A stretch of 61,753 nt of DNA, counting the filler, from Nemertoderma westbladi (taxonomy: Eukaryota; Animalia; Xenacoelomorpha): NCBI GenBank assembly GCA_032718475.1. It is 2 parts of 2 records of this genome, joined end to end, with 100 filler letters (N's around TTAATTAATTAA, not from the genome) between each part and the next. Parts side by side here need not be neighbours in the genome. Positions count along the whole stretch, not along the records: positions 1 to 31,461 come from JAUCBJ010002679.1; 1 more part is not named here. The stretch is one strand, 5' to 3'. Positions 11,338 through 22,200 of the stretch are shown piece by piece (the stretch's first letter is position 1; each line of letters starts with the position of its first letter). The translations under genes were made by a program, and so were the position numbers. The notes beneath the pieces were generated by a model. That model saw nothing but the letters and a program-made list of their open reading frames with translations. It made no database searches and had not been told where the DNA came from.

Positions 11338-11825
11338 CACTATGTCCCGCATTATAGTGTCATTTTCTGATGACACGGATCCCCCCCCCCAGATTTTTCT
11401 ACAAATCTTTATCATATTGCTTGAACTTTGAAACACAACTAGTTCCACTCACCGTCGATGACCCCATGAAGCCGGAATTTTCGATTTTCAACGAAATTCA
11501 GATATTGTTACATATTTCGAATCCTTGCAACGCAAGCTTTCTAATGTTACTGTATGAAAAATTACGACTAATGTGAAGAATATCCACGATACGGATGGTG
11601 CGATTTCGCAAAAGACACTTTTTTAAAACTCTTATAAAAAAATTTAAAGGCAAAATCGAAAATTCCGGCTTCATGGGGTCATCGAAGGTGAGTGGAACCA
11701 GTGGTGTTTCAAATTACAAGCAATATGATAAATATTTGTAGAAAAATCTAGGGGGGTGGGGGGGGGGGGGGGGGGGGGGGGGGTCCGTGTCATCAGAAAA
11801 TGACACTATATTACGGGACATGGTG
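11338..11825. mobile_element. MITE with ~155-bp TIRs and TA TSD (Tc1/mariner- or CMC/EnSpm-type)
   Basis: TA|CACTATGTCCCG...CGGGACATGGTG|TA. The arms match through GATGACCCCATGAAGCCGGAATTTTCGATTTT. Confidence 0.85.
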
Positions 11826-11845
11826 TATATAGTTTAATAATTGAA

Positions 11846-11961
11846 GACTATTACTTTCCTGAGACGTCTCTTAAAAGACACTGTCTTTGAATTTGCAGAT
11901 AATTTCGCGAAAGTCAAGGGTGATTAGGAGTTGAGGCGGCGCAATTTTGTCGACAGCCCGG
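11846..11961 (+). mobile_element. Older diverged RTE 3' fragment, left part (continues at 14525-14566)
   Basis: Aligns by eye with the 3' end of the RTE at ~14225-14340 (GGAGTTG.GGCGG.GCAATTTTGT.GACA). The continuation GGCATAGCATTCTTAATGCAGCTGC at 14527 matches 14338 onward. Confidence 0.75.
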
Positions 11962-14524
11962 TGTTATCAAGCGAAAATGCCCCCCACGCGGAATGCCCCC
12001 GCGGGCATTTTCACCCCATATTTTGGGAGTGTCGGTCCGAATCCCTAATTCAAAGTGGAAATGGAGGCCCAAAACCAATTAAAACTGTCATATAACCCCA
12101 ACCTTAAATATTTTGGATCCTAAATTCCTCAAAATTTCTTAGATTAGAGCATCATGACTTTAAGGTTAGGGTTACTAATGACAGTTTTAATTAGGGTTTG
12201 GGCCTGCCCAACTTTCCCAGGTCCTCTCTGTTGCAACAGCCAAGTGTGAGATCCAGCTTCACACTACAGCTGAGCAACAGGTATGAGGCTCTTGCCTCTG
12301 AGGCGGCAGATCACTGTGAGGGCTATACTGCCTTTACAGAAGCAGTTAAGTTAGCAGCTGCAGAAACAGTTCCTGTATACCCTCGAAACAGGAAAAGGGC
12401 CCCCTGGACTGATAACAAAATTCAGAAGTGCCGAAATGACCTTCATAAGGCGCAGAAAGAGTCCCGACTCAAACAGACTACAGCGGCCAAGAATGCAGTT
12501 AAAGCTGCATCTAGGTCCCTGAACAGGCAGTACTCTGTTAATCTACAGGAGCTAATAAACCAACAGGTTGATGCCATCAATGATGCTGACGACAGCAGGC
12601 AATCATCCCAGGCATGGAAATCGATCAATCTGCTTACTGGGCGGAAAAGCCAACCAACCACCAAGGTTAACGCTGAATCACCAGCCGATCGCCTCAATGG
12701 TTTGAAAGCCCACTTTGAAAAGCTCATCAATAATGACAGGGTATTGCCTGATAACTTTATAGAAGTAAAAGTGTCTGAGTCTGTACTCCCAGATATTCCC
12801 ATTGGCGATATCTCCTTTGCAGAAGTGAAGGCTGCTGAAAAGAGTATTAAGACCAATCGTGCCAGTGGAGTAGATGGTGTTCCCCCTGAGGTCTTTAAAA
12901 TACCTGAGTGTTTAAAGCTCATCTATCCCATCATAGTAGACATGTACCGTACAACAAGAGTCCCACAAGAAATGAAAACAAATAAGTTGGCGCCAGTTCC
13001 CAAGAAGGGCAACCTAACACTCTATGGTTCTTTTCGGGGAATCTCATTGATCTCGATTGCTGCAAAACTATACAATAGAATTCTATTAAATCGCATCAGG
13101 GATCCCATTGAGAGACTGCTACGTGGAAATCAGAATGGGTTACGTAAAGGTCGTGGGACCATGGAGCCCATTTTGGCACTTAGAAGGATAATTGAAGAGT
13201 TATCAAAAAAGAAAGACATGCATCTGGCTGTTATCTTTGTTGACTTCTTCAAGGCCTTTGATTCCGTCTCTCGCTCACGTATGTTCAGCATACTTTCATT
13301 ATATGGGATTCCTGATGAAATTATTGCAGCAATCAGATCAGTATACGATGGTTCGACAACATTGTTGTCTACTGTTGACGGTGACACAGAACCATTTGAA
13401 GTGTTATGGGGCGTCCTCCAAGGAGACACACTTGCACCATTCTTGTTCATTATTGTGGTTGACTATGTTCTACGCATGTCCTTAGATCATCATAATGATG
13501 ATGGGGTGATGATAACTCCACCTACTGGCTCCAGAAGTCGAGGAAATCCTGCCAAGTACCTAACTGATCTAGACTTTGCTGATGACTTAGGAGTACTCTC
13601 AGAATCATTAGAGGGAGCCCAGCGGCTCCTCAGCTCATTAGAACATGCTGCTTCTAGTGTTGGTCTTTTTATTAACTCCAGAAAGACCAAAATTCTGACA
13701 GTTAACTTTGAAAGTCCTCAGCAAGTCTCTGATCGGATGAGCATAAGCTCAAAGGATGGTATGCTTGAGCATGTGGACGACTTCTGTTACCTGGGATCAT
13801 GGATCCGGAAGTCAGGTGAGGACCTTCGAATACGTAAGGGAAAGGCATGGGCAGCCTTGAATAGGCTTTCCAGGATTTGGAAGTCACCTAGAATTAATCG
13901 GAAACTTAAGGTCCGATTATTTAGAGCAGCAGTAGTTCCAGTACTCCTCTACGGGAGTCCATGCTGGGCTCTAACTGCTGAGGACACCAAATCTCTGGAT
14001 GGCACATTCACAAGAATGCTACGCCGGGTACATTGTGTCAAGTACAATGCACACATCTCCAACCAGACACTATATAACATTGGAGGTGTCTCATTGGTTC
14101 CCCCAAGCTTGACACTAGAACAAAATCGCCTCCGCTTTGCAGGACATTGCTTTCGCCGTGAGGACCAGCCAGTGCATAATCTTGTACTTTGGCAGCCTCA
14201 TGGAGTGAATAAGCATGGTGGACAGCCCATGACTTTCTTGAGACGCATCTTAAAGGACACTGGCCTTAAAGATGCGGATGATCTAGCAAATGTCATGGGT
14301 GATAGGGAGTTGTGGCGGTGCAATTTTGTTGACAAGCCGGCACAGCATTCTTAAAAATGCAGCTGCAATGCAGCATGCCGATCCTAGTAGTAGTAACCAC
14401 AAAAATAAACCAATAAATCCAAATTAAAGTGCTGTATGGTACGCTGGACCTACTATTATTATACTGTACGTCTATAGGGGGCTATCCGCGCGGGGGGGGG
14501 GGGGGGTTAGATACGCCTAGGACA
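11962..14524. mobile_element. Small non-autonomous DNA element with TGT...ACA ends in a duplicated CCGG (Ginger-like), interrupted by an RTE
   Basis: CCGG|TGTT...GACA|CCGG (11958-11961, 14525-14528) splits the older RTE fragment. Subterminal motifs are C-rich on the left and G-rich on the right. The superfamily assignment is tentative. Confidence 0.55.
12198..14354 (+). CDS. RTE-clade non-LTR retrotransposon reverse transcriptase (5'-truncated, uninterrupted)
   Basis: Motifs LSNRYEAL, PVPKKG, FRGISL, FVDFFKAFDSV, GVLQGDTLAPFLF, DLDFADD, FCYLGS. There is no endonuclease domain, and the TTG start lies in flanking DNA. A (TAG)n tail follows at ~14385-14396. Confidence 0.93.
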   Translation: MGLPNFPRSSLLQQPSVRSSFTLQLSNRYEALASEAADHCEGYTAFTEAVKLAAAETVPVYPRNRKRAPWTDNKIQKCRNDLHKAQKESRLKQTTAAKNAVKAASRSLNRQYSVNLQELINQQVDAINDADDSRQSSQAWKSINLLTGRKSQPTTKVNAESPADRLNGLKAHFEKLINNDRVLPDNFIEVKVSESVLPDIPIGDISFAEVKAAEKSIKTNRASGVDGVPPEVFKIPECLKLIYPIIVDMYRTTRVPQEMKTNKLAPVPKKGNLTLYGSFRGISLISIAAKLYNRILLNRIRDPIERLLRGNQNGLRKGRGTMEPILALRRIIEELSKKKDMHLAVIFVDFFKAFDSVSRSRMFSILSLYGIPDEIIAAIRSVYDGSTTLLSTVDGDTEPFEVLWGVLQGDTLAPFLFIIVVDYVLRMSLDHHNDDGVMITPPTGSRSRGNPAKYLTDLDFADDLGVLSESLEGAQRLLSSLEHAASSVGLFINSRKTKILTVNFESPQQVSDRMSISSKDGMLEHVDDFCYLGSWIRKSGEDLRIRKGKAWAALNRLSRIWKSPRINRKLKVRLFRAAVVPVLLYGSPCWALTAEDTKSLDGTFTRMLRRVHCVKYNAHISNQTLYNIGGVSLVPPSLTLEQNRLRFAGHCFRREDQPVHNLVLWQPHGVNKHGGQPMTFLRRILKDTGLKDADDLANVMGDRELWRCNFVDKPAQHS

Positions 14525-15226
14525 CCGGCATAGCATTCTTAATGCAGCTGCTTCCAGCATGCCGATTATAAATGATAATTGAAACCTGAAAAAGGTGGAC
14601 AGTCCAATCACTACGAAATAGCATTGCTTTAAAACGTTTCTGATTGGTCAGACTATTATCTATATTTTATGTCCAGTCCACCTTTTTCAAACACATATTA
14701 TTCCCAATTATGTCATTAAGAAAGCGAAAACTTGAAAAAGGTGGACAAACTAATCACTACAAACTGCTTTGCTTAATACGTTTCTCGGTTTCTGATTGGT
14801 CTGTCCGTTGTCTATGTTTTCTGTGTCCAGTCCACCTTTTTCAAACACCCGTGGTTGCATGTTGATATCAACAAAGTGAAAGTAAAGGAAAATGTTTTAG
14901 TTGCATACTGCAGTACTGCCGTACTGCCGTACTGCCACCATCCCGGCATTCATCAAGAAACTGAAAGAAAATGATTATAAATTCGCTTACCGGCTCATAC
15001 CGGTCTTAATTTTTTACCACATGACAAAATTTAACTTCGCTACCGGTACTAGTACAAGTTCCTAGACCCATAGTACCACTTATATACTGTAACCTGGTGT
15101 CTTCTCATTTTGAGGTTCACTTTTGACTGAATATCAAGCGTTTTATCGTGCGCACAGCACACGCTGTGAATAATTCACAACAAGGTCTATAGTACTGAAA
15201 TAAACAATATTTCATTAGTCTAAAAC

Positions 15227-16255
15227 ATGACGTTTGATAACGAAGAACAGTTACGGAAAGAAGTACAAACACTTCGATCTCTCATCAAGAAATCTTGTTT
15301 CGAGTCGGCCGACACCGATTTGCCTGGGGTTTCCGCGAAACTGGATACAATCTCCATCAAGTTACGATGTCGACGGGCGTTGCGTGGCCATCTTGCCAAA
15401 ATCTACGCGCTGCACTGGAGTAGCGACAGCAGGTCACTAGTGAGTGCGTCGCAGGACGGAAAACTCATCGTGTGGGACGCATACACAACCAATAAGACCC
15501 ACGCCATCCCCCTACGTTCCAGCTGGGTAATGACCTGCGCATACGCGCCTTCTGGCAACCACGTGGCGTCTGGAGGTTTAGACAACGTCTGCTCCATCTA
15601 CCATCTAAATACACGGGACGGCAGCATCCGCGTGAGCCAGGAGCTCCCAGGTCACGATGGCTACCTCAGCTGCTGTCGTTTCCTCGACGACACCAGTATG
15701 CTGACCAGCTCTGGTGACATGACCTGCGCCTTGTGGGACATCACCACGGGGCAGATGTCCACCGTATTCGCGGGACACTCCAGCGACGTTATGTCCCTGA
15801 GTTTTCCCTCCGGAAGCGCCAAGTATTTCGCGAGCGCTTCTTGCGACGCGAACGCCAAACTGTGGGACATCCGGAGCGGCCGGTGTTGCCAGACTTTCGA
15901 GGGACATGATAACGACATAAACGCCGTTGAGTTTTTCCCAAACGGGAACGCATTCGCTACCGGTTCAGACGACGCCACTTGTCGGTTGTTCGATATCCGC
16001 GCCGGACAGGATATTATTTCCTACTCCAGGGATATCATCACCTGCGGAATCACCTCGGTTTACTTCAGCAAGTCGGGTCGGCTTCTGTTTGCAGGTTACG
16101 ACGATTTTAACTGTAACATTTGGGATGCGATGAAGGGGGACAGGGTGGGGGTGCTGTCGGGTCACGATAACCGAGTCAGTTGTCTGGGGGTGACGGGGGA
16201 CGGGAGAGCCCTGTCTACAGGCAGCTGGGATAGTCTGGTTAAGTTGTGGAACTAA
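15227..16255 (+). CDS. GNB: Heterotrimeric G-protein beta subunit (Gbeta1-4 type), single coding exon, 342 aa
   Basis: N-terminal helix plus 7 WD40 repeats, with diagnostic strings [81 protein letters not shown]. Confidence 0.97.
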   Translation: MTFDNEEQLRKEVQTLRSLIKKSCFESADTDLPGVSAKLDTISIKLRCRRALRGHLAKIYALHWSSDSRSLVSASQDGKLIVWDAYTTNKTHAIPLRSSWVMTCAYAPSGNHVASGGLDNVCSIYHLNTRDGSIRVSQELPGHDGYLSCCRFLDDTSMLTSSGDMTCALWDITTGQMSTVFAGHSSDVMSLSFPSGSAKYFASASCDANAKLWDIRSGRCCQTFEGHDNDINAVEFFPNGNAFATGSDDATCRLFDIRAGQDIISYSRDIITCGITSVYFSKSGRLLFAGYDDFNCNIWDAMKGDRVGVLSGHDNRVSCLGVTGDGRALSTGSWDSLVKLWN

Positions 16256-19200
16256 TGTAACAGTTTGGTTAAGTTGTGGAACTAAAGAAACAGTTTGGTT
16301 AAGTTGTGGAACTAATGAAACAGTTTGGTTAAGTTGTGGAACTAATGAAACAGTTTGGTTAAGTTGTGGAACTAATGGAATAGTTTGGTTAAGTTGTGGA
16401 TCTAATTGAATAGTTTGGTTAAGTTGTGGATCTAATTGAATAGTTTGGTTAAGTTGTGGAACTAATAGATACTGGTTAAGTTGTGTACTAATGGAACAGT
16501 TTGGTTAAGTTCTGGAACTAATGGAATAGTTTGGTTAAGTTGTGGAACTAATAGAATATTCTGGTTAAGTTGTGTAACTAATGGAACAGTTTGGTTAAGT
16601 TGTGGATCTAATGGAATTGTTGGGTTAAGTTTTGGAACTAATGTAATAGTTTGGTTAAGTTGTGGAACTAATTGAATGGTTTGGTTAAGTTGTGGAACTA
16701 ATAGATACTGGTTAAGTTGTGTACTAATGGAACAGTTTGGTTAAGTTCTGGAACTAATGGAATAGTTTGGTTAAGTTGTGGAACTAATAGAATATTCTGG
16801 TTAAGTTGTGTAACTAATGGAACAGTTTGGTTAAGTTGTGGATCTAATGGAATTGTTGGGTTAAGTTTTGGAACTAATGAAACAGTTTGGTTAAGTTGTG
16901 GAACTAAGGAAACAGTTTGGTTAAGTTGTGGAACTAATGGAATAGTTTGGTTAAGTTGTGGATCTAATTGAATAGTTTGGTTAAGTTGTGGAACTAATAG
17001 ATACTGGTTAAGTTGTGTACTAATGGAACAGTTTGGTTAAGTTCTGGAACTAATGGAATAGTTTGGTTAAGTTGTGGAACTAATAGAATATTCTGGTTAA
17101 GTTGTGTAACTAATGGAACAGTTTGGTTAAGTTGTGGATCTAATGGAATTGTTGGGTTAAGTTTTGGAACTAATGTAATAGTTTGGTTAAGTTGTGGAAC
17201 TAATTGAATGGTTTGGCTAAGTTGTGGGACTAATGGAATTGTTTGGCTAAGTTGTCGAACTAATGGAACAGTTTGGTTATGTTGTGGAACTAATGAAACA
17301 GTTTGGTTCAGTTGTGGAACTAATATAATAGTTTGGTTAAGTTGTGGAACTAGTGGAACAGATTGGTTAAGTTGTGGAACTAATGAAACAGTTTGGTTAA
17401 GTTGTGGAACTAATGGAACAGTTTGGTTATTAAGTTCTGGAACTAATGGAATAGTTTGGTTAAGTTGTGGAACTAATGGAATAGTTTGGTTAAGTTGTGG
17501 AACTAATATAATATTCTGGTTAAGTTGTGTAACTAATGGAATAGTTTGGTTACGTTGTGGATCTAATTGAATAGTTGTGTTAAGTTCTGGAACTAATGGA
17601 ATAGTTTGGTTAAGTTGTGGAACTAATAGAATATTCTGGTTAAGTTGTGTAACTAATGAAACAGTTTGGTTAAGTTGTGGATCTAATGGAATAGTTTGGT
17701 TAAGTTGTGGAACTAATATAATATTCTGGTTAAGTCGTGTAACTAATGGAACAGTTTGGTTAAGTTGTGGATCTAATTGAATAGTTTGGTTAAGTTGTGG
17801 AACTAATAGAATAGTTTGGTTAAGTTGTGGAACTAATACAATATTCTGGTTAAGTTGTGTAACTAATGGAACAGTTTGGTTAAGTTGTGGAACTTATAGA
17901 ATATACTGGTTAAGTTGTGTAACTAGTGGAACCGTTTGGTTATGTTGTGGATCTAATGGAATAGTTTGGTTAAGTTGTGGATCTAATTGAATAGTTGTGT
18001 TAAGTTCTGGAACTAATGGAATAGTTTGGTTAAGTTGTGGAACTAATAGACTATTCTGGTTAAGTTGTGTAACTAATGGAACAGTTTGGTTAAGTTGTGG
18101 ATCTAATGGAATAGTTTGGTTAAGTTGTGGATCTAATGGAATAGTTTGGTTAAGTTGTGGAACTAATAGAATATTCTGGTTAAGTTGTGTAACTAATGGA
18201 ACAGTTTGGTTAAGTTGTGGATCTAATTTAATAGTTTGGTTAAGTTGTGGAACTAAAAGAATATTCTGGTTAAGTTGTGTAACTAGTGGAATCGTTTGGT
18301 TAAGTTGTGGAACTAATGGAATTGTTTGGCTAAGTTGTGGAACTAATGGAACAGTTTGGTTATGTTGTTGAACTAATGAAACAGTTTGGTTCAGTTGTGG
18401 AACTTATAGAATATACTGGTTAAGTTGTGTAACTAGTGGAATCGTTTGGTTAAGTTGTGGAACTAGTGGAACAGATTGGTTAAGTTGTGTAACTAATGGA
18501 ACAGTTTGGTTAAGTTCTGGAACTAATGGAATAGTTTGGTTAAGTTCTGGAACTAATGGAATAGTTTGGTTAAGTTGTGGAACTAATATAATATTCTGGT
18601 TAAGTTGTGTAACTAATGGAACAGTTTGGTTAAGTTGTGGATCTAATGGAATAGTTTGGTTAAGTTGTGGATCTAATGGAATAGTTTGGTTAAGTTGTGG
18701 AAGTAATAGAATATTCTGGTTAAGTTGTGTAACTAGTGGAATCGTTTGGTTAAGTTGTGGAACTAGTGGAACAGATTGGTTAAGTTGTGGAACTAATGAA
18801 ACAGTTTGGTTAAGTTGTGGAACTAATAGATTCTTGTTAAGTTGTGTAACTAATGGAACAGTTTGGTTAAGTTGTGGAACTAATGGAATAGTTTGGTTAA
18901 GTTGTGGAACTAATATAATATTCTGGTTAAGTTGTGTAACTAGTGGAATCGTTTGGTTAAGTTGTGGAACTAATGGAATTGTTTGGCTAAGTTGTGGAAC
19001 TAATGGAACAGTTTGGTTATGTTGTTGAACTAATGAAACAGTTTGGTTCAGTTGTGGAACTAATATAATAGTTTGGTTAAGTTGTGGAACTAGTGGAACA
19101 GATTGGTTAAGTTGTGGAACTAATGAAACAGTTTGGTTAAGTTGTGGAACTAATGGAACAGTTTGGTTAAGTTCTGGAACTAATGGAATAGTTTGGTTAA

Positions 19201-22200
19201 GTTCTGGAACTAATGGAATAGTTTGGTTAAGTTGTGGAACTTATAGAATATACTGGTTAAGTTGTGTAACTAGTGGAACCGTTTGGTTATGTTGTGGATC
19301 TAATGGAATAGTTTGGTTACGTTGTGGATCTAATTGAATAGTTGTGTTAAGTTCTGGAACTAATGGAATAGTTTGGTTAAGTTGTGGAACTAATAGAATA
19401 TTCTGGTTAAGTTGTGTAACTAATGAAACAGTTTGGTTAAGTTGTGGATCTAATGGAATAGTTTGGTTAAGTTGTGGAACTAATAGAATATTCTGGTTAA
19501 GTTGTGTAACTAATGGAACAGTTTGGTTAAGTTGTGGATCTAATTTAATAGTTTGGTTAAGTTGTGGAACTAATACAATATTCTGGTTAAGTTGTGTAAC
19601 TAATGGAACAGTTTGGTTAAGTTGTGGATCTAATGGAATTGTTGGGTTAAGTTTTGGAACTAATGTAATAGTTTGGTTAAGTTGTGGAACTAATTGAATG
19701 GTTTGGCTAAGTTGTGGGTCTATGGAATAGTTGGGTTAAGTTGTGGAACTAATGGAATAGTCTGGTTAAGTTGTGGAACTAATGAAATAGTCTGGTTAAG
19801 TTGTGGAACTAATGGATCAGTTTGGTTAAGTTGTTGATCTAATGGAATAGTTGGGTTAGGTTGTGGAACTAGTGGAACAGTTTGGTTAAGTTGTGGAAAT
19901 AATGGAACAGTTTGGTTAAGTTGTGGAACTAATGGAACAGTTTGGTTAAGTTCTGGAACTAATAGAATAGTTTGGTTAAGTTGTAGAACTAATGGAATAG
20001 TTTGGTTAAGTTGTGGGACTAATGGAATTGTTTGGCTAAGTTGTGGAACTAATGGAACAGTTTGGTTATGTTGTGGAACTAATGAAACAGTTTGGTTCAG
20101 TTGTGGAACTAATATAATAGTTTGGTTAAGTTGTGGAACTAGTGGAACAGATTGGTTAAGTTGTGGAACTAATGAAACAGTTTGGTTAAGTTGTGGAACT
20201 AATGGAACAGTTTGGTTAAGTTCTGGAACTAATGGAATAGTTTGGTTAAGTTCTGGAACTAATGGAATAGTTTGGTTAAGTTGTGGAACTAATATAACAT
20301 TCTGGTTAAGTTGTGTAACTAATGGAATAGTTTGGTTACGTTGTGGATCTAATTGAATAGTTGTGTTAAGTTCTGGAACTAATGGAATAGTTTGGTTAAG
20401 TTGTGGAACTAATAGAATATTCTGGTTAAGTTGTGTAACTAATGAAACAGTTTGGTTAAGTTGTGGATCTAATGGAATAGTTTGGTTAAGTTGTGGAACT
20501 AATATAATAGTTTGGTTAAGTTGTGGAACTAATAGAATATTCTGGTTAAGTTGTGTAACTAATGGAACAGTTTGGTTAAGTTGTGGAACTTATAGAATAT
20601 ACTGGTTAAGTTGTGTAACTAGTGGAACCGTTTGGTTATGTTGTGGATCTAATGGAATAGTTTGGTTAAGTTGTGGATCTAATTGAATAGTTGTGTTAAG
20701 TTCTGGAACTAATGGAATAGTTTGGTTAAGTTGTGGAACTAATAGAATATTCTGGTTAAGTTGTGTAACTAATGGAACAGTTTGGTTAAGTTGTGGATCT
20801 AATGGAATAGTTTGGTTAAGTTGTGGAACTAATAGAATATTCTGGTTAAGTTGTGGAACTAATGAAATAGTCTGGTTAAGTTGTGGAACTAATGGATCAG
20901 TTTGGTTAAGTTGTTGATCTAATGGAATAGTTGGGTTAGGTTGTGGAACTAGTGGAACAGTTTGGTTAAGTTGTGGAAATAATGGAACAGTTTGGTTAAG
21001 TTGTGGATCTAATTTAATAGTTTGGTTAAGTTGTGGAACTAATACAATATTCTGGTTAAGTTGTGTAACTAATGGAACAGTTTGGTTAAGTTGTGGAACT
21101 TATAGAATATACTGGTTAAGTTGTGTAACTAGTGGAACCGTTTGGTTATGTTGTGGATCTAATGGAATAGTTTGGTTAAGTTGTGGATCTAATTGAATAG
21201 TTGTGTGAAGTTCTGGAACTAATGGAATAGTTTGGTTAAGTTGTGGAACTAATAGAATATTCTGGTTAAGTTGTGTAACTAATGGAACAGTTTGGTTAAG
21301 TTGTGGATCTAATGGAATAGTTTGGTTAAGTTGTGGATCTAATGGAATAGTTTGGTTAAGTTGTGGAACTAATAGAATATTCTGGTTAAGTTGTGTAACT
21401 AATGGAACAGTTTGGTTAAGTTGTGGATCTAATTTAATAGTTTGGTTAAGTTGTGGAACTAATAGATTCTGGTTAAGTTGTGTAACTAATGGAACAGTTT
21501 GGTTAAGTTGTGGAACTAATGGAATAGTTTGGTTAAGTTGTGGAACTAATATAATATTCTGGTTAAGTTGTGTAACTAGTGGAATCGTTTGGTTAAGTTG
21601 TGGAACTAATGGAATTGTTTGGCTAAGTTGTGGAACTAATGGAACAGTTTGGTTATGCTGTGGAACTATTGAAACAGTTTGGTTCAGTTGTAGGAACTAA
21701 TATAATAGTTTGGTTAAGTTGTGGAACTAGTGGAACAGATTGGTTAAGTTGTGGAACTAATGAAACAGTTTGGTTAAGTTGTGGAACTAATGGAACAGTT
21801 TGGTTAAGTTGTGGAACTAATAGAATATTCTGGTTAAGTTGTGTAACTAATGAAACAGTTTGGTTAAGTTGTGGATCTAATGGAATAGTTTGGTTAAGTT
21901 GTGGAACTAATAGAATATTCTGGTTAAGTTGTGTAACTAATGGAACAGTTTGGTTAAGTTGTGGATCTAATTTAATAGTTTGGTTAAGTTGTGGAACTAA
22001 TACAATATTCTGGTTAAGTTGTGTAACTAATGGAACAGTTTGGTTAAGTTGTGGATCTAATGGAATTGTTGGGTTAAGTTTTGGAACTAATGTAATAGTT
22101 TGGTTAAGTTGTGGAACTAATTGAATGGTTTGGCTAAGTTGTGGGTCTATGGAATAGTTGGGTTAAGTTGTGGAACTAACGGAATAGTCTGGTTAAGTTG

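Larger units (their letters stand above)
10389..14850. mobile_element. Non-autonomous Mutator/MULE-like element with nested insertions
   Basis: TIRs GGGTGTTTGAAAAAGGTGGACTGGACACAGAAAACAT... / ...ATGTTTTCTGTGTCCAGTCCACCTTTTTCAAACACCC. 10-bp TSD GTGGTTGCAT at 10379-10388 and 14851-14860. Subterminal GAAAAAGGTGGAC repeats. Confidence 0.85.

Noticed and set aside
11751-11783. Long poly-G runs (also ~7790-7812, 14492-14506, 53901-53927) as functional G-quadruplexes
   Set aside because: These are homopolymer expansions, mostly within transposon arms. Their length is unreliable and nothing independent supports a function.
11338-11825. Transib/RAG-like element (CACTATG heptamer resembling an RSS)
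   Set aside because: The flanks show a TA duplication rather than a 5-bp TSD (CAGTA vs TATAT), and there is no nonamer or transposase.
12060-12200. TTAGGG/CCCTAA motifs as interstitial telomere
   Set aside because: Only isolated copies, arranged as short inverted repeats inside a small DNA element.
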